Shown: positions 26,401-36,000 of the stretch, in pieces
Layout of the letters: each line of letters begins with the position of its first letter
How positions within the stretch are numbered: position 1 is the stretch's first letter
Virus record (IMG/VR): IMGVR_UViG_3300037245_002806
Location: 35,906 to 99,905 of that record
Strand: one strand, 5' to 3'
Origin: a virus
Length of the DNA stretch: 64,000 bases
Program-made: the position numbers and the translations under genes
Notes under the pieces: generated by a model
Database searches by the model: none
What the model was told of the DNA's origin: nothing
Seen by the model: the letters and a program-made list of their open reading frames with translations, nothing else

Positions 26401-27176
26401 TCGTTCCCGACGAAATAATGGATCGTAAGGGCCGAAACTGAGAGGATTTGCCAAGGCGCCAAAGAAGGGTAAGAAACGTATGCCCGTTGATCACTCGTCG
26501 AGGTTGCGCCTGCATAGGAACCGTTTGGGGTATCGCCCGCAACGTTGGGATCCCCGGCCAAAACGCCCCCCAATATAGTGCCGCTCGACCCGACGATCTC
26601 GTAAATCGTATCCGCACATGCCGGCCCCACAATAAGCGTATCATCGGACATTGGAGCCCCGCCGCCGGCTGCATCGAACCCGGTACCCACCACGCTTGTG
26701 ATCGATTTTACTTTGAAAGAGGTGTAGTGCGGCCCCTTGCCAACCGACCCTAATTGCCAAGCATCCACCCGCCCGTTGTCGCCGTCATCGGTATAAGTGA
26801 TCGTGATCGTACCGTCGCCACCACCGCCAATGATCGAGTCGTTATTGTCTACAAAAAGCGCCGCGTAAAACTCCGGAAAGTTGGGAACCTCCCCGCCCCT
26901 GAGGGTAAAAGTCTTATTGCCTAACCGCTCCCCTAGTAGCTGGCGCTCCCCGACCCCCGCCGCGGAAACCGCCGGCAGAGAATTCGGTCTGTGCCCGCGG
27001 TTGCGGACCCGAACGATCCCGCCGTCTTCGAGTGTATCGGCATTCGGCCCGATGGTATCGCTTGCCGGGTATCCGGTGCTCGTCCATCCCGCCGACATAC
27101 TTGTTGGCTGTAGGTGGATCCAGTTTTCGTTCTCAAAAACTCTAGTGCTGCGCGGTTTTAATCGTAAAATAGTCAT
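23436..27176 (-). CDS. large tail tip / receptor-binding protein
   Basis: 1246 aa, beta-rich, repeated (N/S)P.TG..(W/F)T domains, C-terminal LamG-like LYLGS...DAWVRKL; ATGA coupling. Confidence 0.75.
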   Translation of the reverse strand: MTILRLKPRSTRVFENENWIHLQPTSMSAGWTSTGYPASDTIGPNADTLEDGGIVRVRNRGHRPNSLPAVSAAGVGERQLLGERLGNKTFTLRGGEVPNFPEFYAALFVDNNDSIIGGGGDGTITITYTDDGDNGRVDAWQLGSVGKGPHYTSFKVKSITSVVGTGFDAAGGGAPMSDDTLIVGPACADTIYEIVGSSGTILGGVLAGDPNVAGDTPNGSYAGATSTSDQRAYVSYPSLAPWQILSVSALTIHYFVGNEAGTTAGLDLLMRFGSGDSDWVIGHSNATNYGTLTPVTLSINPKTGNPFTLADLETLELGVNFLGETPAKDKRWGFIRLFVAFQQGFFHPSIDGAVIANQDRAHEVVTKDTFSTPSDDNTQCLLMNQSTDRTEAHVDNLPAEAISVISFAGHGRHTMLNQGDPLGAQAGDTPCGIGTPPRANSADYLSLMDGPPAQSNDGGFRTIIRLTGILSTARTHVGPGDDPAGCGTNGDYPGLDIGFGNFTDLALFRTINSSAAEITVANVNAATVGIDNENNIGQTRISQLFAKCEYRRKPNGGELYYHLTIDDPTDSPDDSKYMESQHSGNKKFGVDFAGIPEVSQITSVTAICRARAEQFSSAGWRVTWRLGTDGGTDVSESVQLNELFEDKPFARSLSPFTGLAWTRAEVNVLVVIWEAMGENKFYYKQISNLVLEIDLDLIPEKIDAARDIVSRKLRLLRKPQPFLKLSLPPAFGDVRMLDDVGCIHNAIPRLSATLGFERWDRSLMRLFRKKVNMMTDQVETTFLDVREFLTTLWITGSTRAKGASATGMAVLTPGVSLNFVRTTNDYLRDDFAGQFQELNGGEPPTGIKGILVINGTTNRVVNSAFSEGATDVFTGWAQNIGAGGAIAEDLDDDIWEEDLQGTRPRTVVLTTPTVPANRTFINTTMAFEKGDAPFSPQGSDYAVSVIHKDPSGTPLYINLWFDPPAFGAYGWDVWGNCTNAGDTQWHPLPVRSEVTKDQFKFTLQNAEDSASSPVQDDQTLNLNLGVQTTVGHQNRIYGVQVEGGRIADGRDQRYMSNFILTRTGPVVRDGLAFFLENNRDRPTYPAEGRGTFGVELETIWNTAQLPRRAGSRRYVYGVVVDSFNWDVCYYDCDNEKFVYERRVAGTTFSCEKYWPHIMAGQPVQVATRWISSEGDLDETPFSISIFVGGEQGTTTVVGQKFPLPTQSLLYLGSKDGTDGEMIDAWVRKLEIKQFALPQTAIRRLFT

Positions 27177-29107
27177 TCGATAAACTGTGGCAGGCTACTC
27201 GGAAGCCAAAAGGCTTGCAGGTTTTCCGCCGCTCCGTCTTCGATTTCGATGTCTTCCACATCCACGTTGGCAAGGAACTGATTTTCCGCCTCTTGCCGAA
27301 GATACGCTATCGAGATTTTATTTAGGATCTTTCTGCCATCCTCCTTATATTTCGGATCTGTTAGGTCGTGCAATCCCTCTTCTATAACGTGGGTGGTCGG
27401 ATAAACGTCGATCGTCGCATGGTCGTTTACCCCGATGGAAACCAACCCCAGGTTGTCGAACCACACCTTTATCTCAAGGTTTTTCGAGAAACGGTTGATC
27501 TCTTGCAGAATCCCCGATGCCGCCGTTTTTCCCCCGATATACCTGGAGCCGGCTTGCCCGGTCCTATTGAAAAAGTCCCGAGCCTCGGTAAACCGCACCG
27601 TGTTTACCGGAAGCCCCGTTGTGGCCTTCCAATTGCCGCTGGCGTACTCGCTAAAAACGAAGTTAACGAACCAATGTAGGAACTGCAAAGCCGGGTTTGT
27701 AAGCAAAAGCCCGGTACCGTCGCCGGTCTCTTCGTACCCCTTCAGATCGGCCCGAATTTCCTTTTCCTTGTTGGCCGCCGCGCCGGCCCCAACCAATTGC
27801 GCCCCGCTGTATTGCCGCCCGTTCTTTATTGGGTACCACTCCACCCAATCGGTTGTCGGGGTGAGTAGGGCAACCGTCGGGGGATCTCCGCTCTCGTATG
27901 TATAAAGGTTGGTGTGCTCTTTGATCCGCCCGTAGGAAGAAACGAAAGCGGCATCGGCCACCCGGAATAGCTTGACCATGCCGTCGTTATTTAGCTCTTG
28001 GCTACTGTGGACCCCATAAATCTGCGGTACATAAATGTCGTAGATTTTAGGATCCGGCGCCGCGGGAAAGTCGGGCTCGGTAAACTTGGGCTGTAGGGTG
28101 GAGCCCTGGAAAGCCGTATCGTCTTGCTTAAATTTTAGCTTCCACGTGTTCGCCTTGATCTCTTCTTGGTCTTCGAGTAGCCCCACAAAAACGGTGTACC
28201 AATCCGCTTTGTCGGTAACGTCCGGGGAAATCCACCGGATATCGACCGCCGCCCCTGAGAGCTTTTTCTGGCTGGCGAGTAGGTCGGAAAATGTCCGGTC
28301 TGGATCAAACAGAACGGCGCCGGCGCTGCTCTTCTGGAGTGCGTTGGCCGGCGAAGTAAGGTTCACATCCGGGCTGTCGATCGACTGGATCAAGGGTTCG
28401 TATAACCCCTCGCTCCGGCTGTTTACCCCCACGATGCTATAACGGCCCACGTCCTGTGTGGTGTAATCCACTTCTAGCCACATCTGGGTAAAATTCTGGC
28501 CGTTGGTCCCTTCCCCAAGGCCGTCGATGGCGTTTACGATCTCGCCCGCAACCGGCGCAACCTGTGCCGGCGTCCATGCGGCCCCGGTATCGGGGTTTAG
28601 ATCGAATTCGTAAAAAACGGTTTGGAATCCGTCGTTTGTAAACCGGTCGTATCCTGGTTCGGGCGCCCCGCTCTGGTAGTAGGTGGAAGCGCCCACGAAA
28701 AGCCCAAAGCTCCACGTACCGTGGTTCGTATCCGTCATCCTCGCCCGGCAGAAAAGCCGGACCCGCTGCACTGCAACCGCCAACGGGTTTAGGCTGGCGA
28801 AGGTAACCCGAGAAAACATCTTGTGGTTGTCGGTCCCATCTGACCAAACATAGGTGCCGGTATCGGGTGTGCCCGGTGGATCGTCGAGCGCCTCGTGTAC
28901 CGTCGCCGCCCCAAAAACCGAATGTTCTGCATCCTTTAGCAAAGTCGCGGTGGGCAAAAGCACGTCGGTTTGGGACGTCTCCGGAAAAACGATCCGGATA
29001 ATCGGTACCAGAACGAAAGAGGGTTTCCGAAGCTCTGCAAGTAGGCTGGCCGAGAAATCGCCTACGTGAACTGCTGGCCCCGCTGTTACGAATTTCGCTA
29101 TCGGCAT
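27173..29107 (-). CDS. tail hub / Tal-like protein
   Basis: VFVGLL, PQIYG, LLTNPALQF, N.I.I.Y motifs typical of tail hub proteins; position in tail module. Confidence 0.65.
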   Translation of the reverse strand: MPIAKFVTAGPAVHVGDFSASLLAELRKPSFVLVPIIRIVFPETSQTDVLLPTATLLKDAEHSVFGAATVHEALDDPPGTPDTGTYVWSDGTDNHKMFSRVTFASLNPLAVAVQRVRLFCRARMTDTNHGTWSFGLFVGASTYYQSGAPEPGYDRFTNDGFQTVFYEFDLNPDTGAAWTPAQVAPVAGEIVNAIDGLGEGTNGQNFTQMWLEVDYTTQDVGRYSIVGVNSRSEGLYEPLIQSIDSPDVNLTSPANALQKSSAGAVLFDPDRTFSDLLASQKKLSGAAVDIRWISPDVTDKADWYTVFVGLLEDQEEIKANTWKLKFKQDDTAFQGSTLQPKFTEPDFPAAPDPKIYDIYVPQIYGVHSSQELNNDGMVKLFRVADAAFVSSYGRIKEHTNLYTYESGDPPTVALLTPTTDWVEWYPIKNGRQYSGAQLVGAGAAANKEKEIRADLKGYEETGDGTGLLLTNPALQFLHWFVNFVFSEYASGNWKATTGLPVNTVRFTEARDFFNRTGQAGSRYIGGKTAASGILQEINRFSKNLEIKVWFDNLGLVSIGVNDHATIDVYPTTHVIEEGLHDLTDPKYKEDGRKILNKISIAYLRQEAENQFLANVDVEDIEIEDGAAENLQAFWLPSSLPQFIE

Positions 29108-29674
29108 CTAGTTCTTCAGTTCGTGTTTGGTCGTAACGGTAAAGGTGTGTGTGCCGTCTGTGCCAACCCCCTCCACTTCCATGCGCATGTCTGGCCCCAG
29201 GATGAGAATTTCGTAAACGAACCGGTACCCGCCCGACGTTGGAACCAACCCCATGTCGGTAACTTCTCTGACCTGCTCCTCCGCGATATACCACGTCGTG
29301 CCATCGTCGTCGCTGTATTGCATTCGAAGGATGAGTTTGTCCGGTGGGCTCGCGCTCCTGGCCACCGAAACCCATATATTCGCTTTCCGGTAAGCCGAGC
29401 AATCCACCTTGGCGCTTTGATCGTCCGCCACTGCGTTGAGGGTAACGGCGCTCTGCATCGCCGTGATCGTGCCCCTCGATACAATTTCCCGAACCCCTAG
29501 CCCGTAGGAAGCCACCGCAATGGCCGCCGCTTTTACCGCCGCCAACTCCGCCGCCAAGGCGCCGGCCATTCGTGTCCGCTCGCGCAAAACCGGAGTGCCC
29601 GAAACGTCAAGAGATTCGGAATCTATTTTGTCCCCACCGGACATAGGATCTAGTTCAACGTACCCGTCTCCCAT
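29108..29674 (-). CDS. putative virion protein (188 aa, MGDGYVEL...)
   Basis: GGGGAG SD; beta-sandwich QYSDDDGTTWY. Confidence 0.65.
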   Translation of the reverse strand: MGDGYVELDPMSGGDKIDSESLDVSGTPVLRERTRMAGALAAELAAVKAAAIAVASYGLGVREIVSRGTITAMQSAVTLNAVADDQSAKVDCSAYRKANIWVSVARSASPPDKLILRMQYSDDDGTTWYIAEEQVREVTDMGLVPTSGGYRFVYEILILGPDMRMEVEGVGTDGTHTFTVTTKHELKN

Positions 29675-29678
29675 TGGC

Positions 29679-30815
29679 TTAGCTCCCCATAAAGAGAATA
29701 ACTGGTCTGAAAATGTTTTGGTTGTGGGTGATCGCCCCAAGGGTTGCCGGTACCTGGCCGGCTACGCTCGGGTTTGCCGCGGTGCCCGTCTTCGAGCATC
29801 CCCCGTTGGTCTCCATGTTGGTAAAAAAGTCCTCGTATCCGTCGTTTGTGCCGCTCGGTGGCCCCTCTGCCAAAACGAGGCAACTGGTACTTGAGGCTGT
29901 CGCGGTGTAAATTACGTAATAAGTGCCGGCCTCGATCCGGGTGTCGGAAATGTCCACCGAGATGGTTTGATCGTTCGAAGCGTAGGCCACCGGCCCCGTA
30001 TCCAATAGCTTGGTCGTGCCGTCCTGCTCCCACACCGAAACCGATCCAAAATCGCAATCCCCATCGGAAACGGTATCCGTGCCCCAGATAACCCGATCCA
30101 CGGTGATCGGATATGGGAATACCCAACAAAAAGCCTTCATCTGGTTGTCTGCATTTGTAATCGTGTTGGACGTTATCGATCGCTCGGTTTCGTCGTAAAG
30201 CGGGAATAGAAGAAAAGTCGGCCCCACGTGGTCGGGCTCATTTAGCCAGTCGGCCCCATCGAATCGTAGCTGGTCCCGGTCCGCCGGCGCCGTAAAGTCG
30301 GTATCTGTCATCCCGTCGAGGGTTCCCGTACCGGTGCTCGAATTGATCCAGTCGGCCCCATCGTAAGAAAGCACCTCGCCGGATCCCGCCGCTGTGATCA
30401 CCACGTCGGAAAGGTCGTCTATTGCGCTGGCGCTCCCCGCTTGGTTTTCCCACCGGTTATCTGTTACCCCGTCGTACCGTAAAACCTCGCCGTCGGCTGG
30501 CCCCGAAACGAAAACATCGGAAAGCCCGCCTAGATCAACGGCCCCTTCCCGGTCCGCCCATGTCGAGCCGTCGCACGTCCGGAACTTGCTCGATACCGTG
30601 TTGAAGTAATAGGCGCCCTCGGAACTGCTGTTGCACGTCGCTGGATCGCTCGCGTAGCTTGGCCACGACGCCAATCCGGTGGAGGTGATCAACCGGCCCA
30701 AAATGTCGATGGTTTTTGCGTCGATATACTGCGCTTTTACTGCGTTTGCAACAAAAGCGTTTAAAAGCACCACCGCCAGGAAGCACACCCCCAAGATATT
30801 TAATAGTTTTCTCAT
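29679..30815 (-). CDS. tail-fibre-like protein with Sec-type signal peptide
   Basis: MRKLLNILGVCFLAVVLLNAFVANAVKA|Q; P.TC....G.YYFNT...F..CDG..W and three (L/M)(S/T)D.......(E/Q).L.(Y/F)DG..W.N fibre repeats. Confidence 0.8.
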   Translation of the reverse strand: MRKLLNILGVCFLAVVLLNAFVANAVKAQYIDAKTIDILGRLITSTGLASWPSYASDPATCNSSSEGAYYFNTVSSKFRTCDGSTWADREGAVDLGGLSDVFVSGPADGEVLRYDGVTDNRWENQAGSASAIDDLSDVVITAAGSGEVLSYDGADWINSSTGTGTLDGMTDTDFTAPADRDQLRFDGADWLNEPDHVGPTFLLFPLYDETERSITSNTITNADNQMKAFCWVFPYPITVDRVIWGTDTVSDGDCDFGSVSVWEQDGTTKLLDTGPVAYASNDQTISVDISDTRIEAGTYYVIYTATASSTSCLVLAEGPPSGTNDGYEDFFTNMETNGGCSKTGTAANPSVAGQVPATLGAITHNQNIFRPVILFMGS

Positions 30816-30817
30816 GG

Positions 30818-31318
30818 CTACCTCTTGGGAAAGCTGTTGTAAACGGCGTCCACGTCCTGTGCCCCGGAATCCCCGGAAATCTTTAACCCGAGCCGAACTT
30901 GGTACACGGGATCTGGGATATTGACGATAAACGAGCCCGTCGCCGTTACCACGTGATCCCCGATACCCGGCCAGATCTGCGCCGCTTGCCCCTCGTTCCC
31001 GACCAACCGCGCCTCAACCCGGAAGTCCAGAGAAGTCGCGTTGATCGTGTCGATTTCCACTTGGATGGCTTTACGCTCGACCCCGTTGGCGGTGATCCAT
31101 CCGTCGTCGGCCCCCGCCCCGCTGTCGCACCTTATCCCGGCTGGAGCCCCCCCGCTGTCGCAAAAGATATACGTCCCGCTGGCAACGTTGTAACTCTCGA
31201 AGATAGCTTGGCTTTTCTCGATCCCGGTGTCCGGTGGCTGTGCATAGCTGCTGTATGCCAGTAAGGCGATTAGGGCGCTCAGCGCCAGAATCGTCGAAAT
31301 AATCGGTGGCTTCTGCAT
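30818..31318 (-). CDS. secreted beta-sandwich protein with Sec-type signal peptide
   Basis: MQKPPIISTILALSALIALLAYSSYA|Q; one Cys pair. Confidence 0.75.
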   Translation of the reverse strand: MQKPPIISTILALSALIALLAYSSYAQPPDTGIEKSQAIFESYNVASGTYIFCDSGGAPAGIRCDSGAGADDGWITANGVERKAIQVEIDTINATSLDFRVEARLVGNEGQAAQIWPGIGDHVVTATGSFIVNIPDPVYQVRLGLKISGDSGAQDVDAVYNSFPKR

Positions 31319-31354
31319 TTTCGTTCTCCCATGCGCCCCCGGTGGAGTCGCTTT

Positions 31355-31370
31355 CTATATCACTACCCGC
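31355..31370 (-). promoter_or_regulatory. putative late-promoter motif
   Basis: GCGGGTAGTGATATAG, intergenic. Confidence 0.7.
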
Positions 31371-31375
31371 CTTGG

Positions 31376-32008
31376 TTAAAGTCTTATACACCGCAAAACC
31401 GCATGATCCATTGTAATCGTTGGATCGCTGCCGCTCGAATCCAGCCAAAGCTCTACATATTCGTTTCGTTCCAACTCCACAATAAACCCGGTACCCAAGG
31501 CCGCGTGGTCGGTGGGTGTGGTAACCTGCCGATCCACTCGGGTCGTTAGATCTACCGCCCCGTTGTCTGCAAGGTATATCTCCAAAAGTAAATTGTTCTT
31601 GTCCGCCGATGCCGCAACGCTTACTGAGCAATGGAAAAAAGAGGTTTTTGCCCCGGTGTACCGCAACCGGTTGTTGGCTGGCATGTCGAATTGCGCTGTA
31701 TCCCCCAAGGTGGTTGTGCCTAGCGCCTTTAGCGGTGTGCCCGAGGTGTTGGACGTTCCCGCCGCCGTCGAAATATAAAACTCCCCATACGCCGGTACAA
31801 TCCCGCGCTTAGTAAAGGCAAAGCTCTCAACCCCGTTTACCGCAAAACCCAAGGTGGAACCGTCCTTTTGGAATAGCCCGGATTTCCGATCGGTATCAAC
31901 GGCGAGCCCCGGAAGTAGTGCCGTACCCGGCGGGAACTGCAATTGCCGGAACTGCCCGAAGGCCAGGAAAAGCCCCGCCGCGAGTATTACCAAAAGTGTT
32001 TTTTTCAT
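31376..32008 (-). CDS. short fibre-like protein, signal peptide plus C1q/BclA-like head
   Basis: MKKTLLVILAAGLFLAFG|Q; FPPGTAL.PGL...SGLFQKD domain; NRLRYTG...IVEL..NEYVELW C1q/TNF-like pattern. Confidence 0.75.
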   Translation of the reverse strand: MKKTLLVILAAGLFLAFGQFRQLQFPPGTALLPGLAVDTDRKSGLFQKDGSTLGFAVNGVESFAFTKRGIVPAYGEFYISTAAGTSNTSGTPLKALGTTTLGDTAQFDMPANNRLRYTGAKTSFFHCSVSVAASADKNNLLLEIYLADNGAVDLTTRVDRQVTTPTDHAALGTGFIVELERNEYVELWLDSSGSDPTITMDHAVLRCIRL

Positions 32009-32035
32009 AGCCGTTACCCCCCTTATATCACCGCC

Positions 32036-33070
32036 CTACTTACAATTCCATGCGCCGGCCTCTCGAAAGGCAAAAAGCCCCGTCCCGCTGTCGGTGCATG
32101 GCGTGCCGGCGGTACAATCGCTGCAATAAACCATCGTTCCATTGTTGGAAGAAGGCAACGCGGAAAATACCACCGACCCGATTTGCACCGCCTTGGTTGT
32201 GGCGTCGATCACCGTAATATCGCCCGCAAGGTCGGGAAGCCAGATCTCGTTGTCGGATCCCGTCGGATCCCTCGCCTTTAAACGTGTCTCGATCGTGTCC
32301 GCCGTGTTACCTTCCCACTCGATTTGATTGCCCCCGAACCACACCGCGGTTGCTAGATTCGGAACCACGGCGGAAGCCGAGCCCGTCGAGATCGGGAGCC
32401 ACACGTTGCCGCCCACGGCAGGGGAAGCAGAGGCTGAGTTGTAGTCTGCTAGCCAAACTCGCGTGGTCCCCGTCGCCTCGATTGCTCCTAGCCTGGTCTC
32501 GAAAGCGTCTACGTTGGACCCTTCCCAATAGATTTGCTGCGTTTCGCCCCAGATCGAATCCGCTACATGTGGCGCATTGGTCGCCAGATCCGTAATGACA
32601 AACGGCTTATAGGTTGCGGAAGTGCTCGATAAGAAATATTCCTCCGCGTTGGCGCTGTCCTGCATAACATAAACCGTGTCGCTCGTCGGTGACCCTACAA
32701 CCCCAATAAGGATCTCGAAATCGTCTGCCGTTGTCCCCTCGAATTTGAGCCCGTTGGAAAGCCCCCACACCGATCCGGCGGATTCTGGTACCTGGTCCGG
32801 GTCGAGGTGCACCATAAAACTGGTGCCGGCTGGCGGTGTCGATCCAAGGATCCCGGTCTTTGTAAACGAAAAGCTCTCGACCCCGTTAACGGAAAACGCC
32901 AAAGTGCTCGCGTCTTTTTGGAAAAGCCCCGATTTCTTGTCGCTGTTGACCACTAGCCCCGGATAAAGCGCCGTGCCGGGTGGAAATAGGGTTTGCTGTC
33001 GTTGTGCCACCGCGGTGCAACTGCACCCCAAAAGAAGAAAAACCGCCAGAAACGCCGTGATCTTTTTCAT
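32036..33070 (-). CDS. fibre-like protein with signal peptide (SPI, or LLGC lipoprotein)
   Basis: MKKITAFLAVFLLLGCSCTAVA|Q; same FPPGTAL domain; three W......(F/W)EG...D..E repeats; C-terminal YCSDC...C...WNC. Confidence 0.8.
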   Translation of the reverse strand: MKKITAFLAVFLLLGCSCTAVAQRQQTLFPPGTALYPGLVVNSDKKSGLFQKDASTLAFSVNGVESFSFTKTGILGSTPPAGTSFMVHLDPDQVPESAGSVWGLSNGLKFEGTTADDFEILIGVVGSPTSDTVYVMQDSANAEEYFLSSTSATYKPFVITDLATNAPHVADSIWGETQQIYWEGSNVDAFETRLGAIEATGTTRVWLADYNSASASPAVGGNVWLPISTGSASAVVPNLATAVWFGGNQIEWEGNTADTIETRLKARDPTGSDNEIWLPDLAGDITVIDATTKAVQIGSVVFSALPSSNNGTMVYCSDCTAGTPCTDSGTGLFAFREAGAWNCK

Positions 33071-33082
33071 GGTTACCCCTTT

Positions 33083-36000
33083 TTAGTTCTGCTCGAAAAG
33101 TGCCTCTCGCATGGAATCGGTTACGACCCCCTGGAAATCCTCGTCGATAATTTCGCGCAAAGCGTCGGCCAACTCCTGTTTTGTCATCCCGATCCGCTCT
33201 TCTCCTTTGGCGTCTCGCTCCACCGGTGCCGAAATGCCCCCGAGGTTGATATCTCCGAATTGGAGGTTAAATCCCCCGAATCCGCCCTGTGCGCTTACGT
33301 CTCGCCCGGCCCGTAGCGCGTTGGTTTTGCCCGCGGGGATCACGCTTACGAATTCGTTTGGGTGGACTGTGAATCGAGTCGTGGCCCCGACGAGACCACC
33401 AAAGCCGGAAGCGGTGGACCTGGATCCGCCGCCCCCACCACCCCCGCCGCCACCGTCGCCCCGTGGTGCATCGGGAAATTCGATCTCGGCTGCTGCCCTC
33501 GCTGCCTCTCTCGCTGCGTCTGCGATGCGCATGGTTGCTGTTACGGCTGCATTGGCCCCTGCCACCACCGGCCCCGTGAAAGTGTCTGCAACGGCGCCTA
33601 AGCCCTCCTCGATAGCCTTGTTCGTGGAATCAAAAGCCGAATCGAGCGCCGCCGCGGTTTCCGTCCCGACGTTTCGAAGCTCGGTTTCCAAAGCATCGGA
33701 AACCGGCCCCAACCCCGCTACTATGCTTTCCCCGCCGGCTGCAAAAGTATCCGAAATCTCGCCCACCGAGGTTGCCGCGGTATCCGAAAGGCCGGCCAAC
33801 CCGGAATCGATCTCGCCTAGCTGTTCATTGGCGCCGGCGAGCCCCGCGTTTAGGCCGGCGGTACTCTCCTCCCCCAAAGAAGTCGAGAGGGTTTCCCCGG
33901 TGGCCGCCGCGGTTTCCCCAAGGCCGGCCAACTGCTCTTGTGTGGCCCCGAGTAGCTCGGCGATAAGCCCCAGAGCATCGGCCATTACATTCATGGGATC
34001 GGTGGCAAAAGCGATCCCCGCGGCCTCGGCTTGGGTGATCAAGGCTTGGGTGTTGGCGTCGAGCGGAATCCCGAACCGCTCCGCCGCGTCGATGGCGCTC
34101 TGCAAGAATGGCGCCATTTGTTGCAAGGCTTCGTTTTCTTTAAGCCCCGCCGCGGTAAGCTGCTCGAAAGCCGCGGCCCCTTGGCGCTGGAAAGCGGAGA
34201 AAGAATCCGCGGTAAGGTACCCGCTATTCGCCATGCCGACTAAGGCTTGGTTGAGCCCCTCGACCCCTTCTAGCAACGGGCGGAACTCCTCTTGCCCGGC
34301 AATCTGGAAAAGCCGTTGCACCCCGCCGAAATTAACCCCCTCGCCACCGAATTCCTGTAGCTGCTCTTTTAGCTTGTCGAAAGCCGGTTTAAAGGCGTCC
34401 ACCGCGGCCAAAAGCCCTTCACTCTCCATTGTGGCGAAGAAAGCCCCCGCGAAAATGGTGGCTTGATCTTGGGCATCTTGTGGATCCACTATTTGGATCC
34501 CACCGACGAACTTGCCGATCCCCTCTGCGGCCTCTTGGAGCGCCGCCGAAACGAAAGCCGCCACCTCTGGTACCTCTTGCCCAAGCTCACGGGTGGCCAT
34601 TACGATGTTTAGGAGCGCCGCGTCTGCGACCTTGCCCGCTTCGAAAGATTCCTGCGCCATTAGGCCGAATGCTTCGCCAACCTCTGCGAGCCCCTCTTCA
34701 ACCGGCAACGTGCCCGCCGCCACCTCTGTAAGTAGTTTAACCGCGGCCTCGGAAGCTCCTGCAACCCCGTCTTCGAAAGCCTCGAAGCCCTCCTGGGCAA
34801 TAATGTCGCCAAGGTTGAGAAGGGATTCCTGCTCGATAGTCCGCCCCGCCGCTTCGGCCCCTTCTTTGATCGCCTTGGCCAACTCCTCGGAAACCGTAGC
34901 CCCAACCGAATCCCGGATCTCGCTTGCCAACTGCTCGCGCCCTCGACCCCGGAAGAAACCTACCAACCCGCCGATGGCTGCACCGACCCCGGCCCCTATT
35001 GGCCCGCCGACTTGGCCACCCGCCGCGGCCCCTGCCATGGCGCCTTTGGCCGCCGATACCGCCGCGCCGCCGGAGCCCGTTGCCCCTGCAACCCCGGCAA
35101 TCCCGCCGGCCACGGCGCCGGCGCCGGCTTGTAACTTCTCGGCCCCGGTACCCTCCCCGCCCAAGATCGATTGCTGGAAATCTCGGATCGCCGGTAAAGA
35201 AGCCCCAAGCTGCTGGATTCCCGCAACTGCAATCCCCAGAGACGAACCGGCGCTCACGCCGAATGCCTGCATTATGTTGGAAAGGTCCGCCATTATCCCG
35301 CCAAAATCTATTGCCGAACTGGAAGCTAAACCGAATTCGTCTTTTATCAACTCGACCGCCGCGGCTGCTTCCGGGCTCTTGGCCGCGATATCGTCCAAGG
35401 CTGCAATCGCCGCGTCCTGAAACTCTTGGGTGGCGCCCTCGCCCGCTTCCATCGCTGCAAGGATCGAATCCTCGACCACTTGTAGCGATCGCGCGGTATC
35501 CTCGCTCATTACGCCGTTTAGCTCGGTAAACTGCGCCGTTAGCTTCTCTGTGGCATCCACGTCGCCAAGGCGCTCGGCCTCTTTTATGATTTCCTGTAGG
35601 GTTTTCCCGACGTCCTCGCCGGCGTCAACTAGCCCCTCGGCCTCGGTAGCGATGGCTTGGATCTGCTTGGCCGTAAGCGCCGCAACCCCGCCGAACTGCT
35701 GCACCCCTTTGGTAAGGGTTTGAACCCGTTGTGCTTGGGAGTCGAACCCGGCTTTCTCTAGCTCGGCCACGAATTCCCTAACCGCGGCCCCCGCTTCGTC
35801 GAACCCGAGATCCGATAGCTCGGCCTTTAACGCCTGTAGCTCTGGCGGTAAGGCGCCGGTTTGCTCTTCCAAGGTCGCTAGCATCTCGGCGAGCTTCATG
35901 GCCCCGTCTGCACTAAGCTCCGAGACCGGCCCGATCCCCTCGATAGCTGCCGAGAAAATGGCCACCTCTTGCGCCAAAGCTGCCGGCTTGAACTCGTCGA

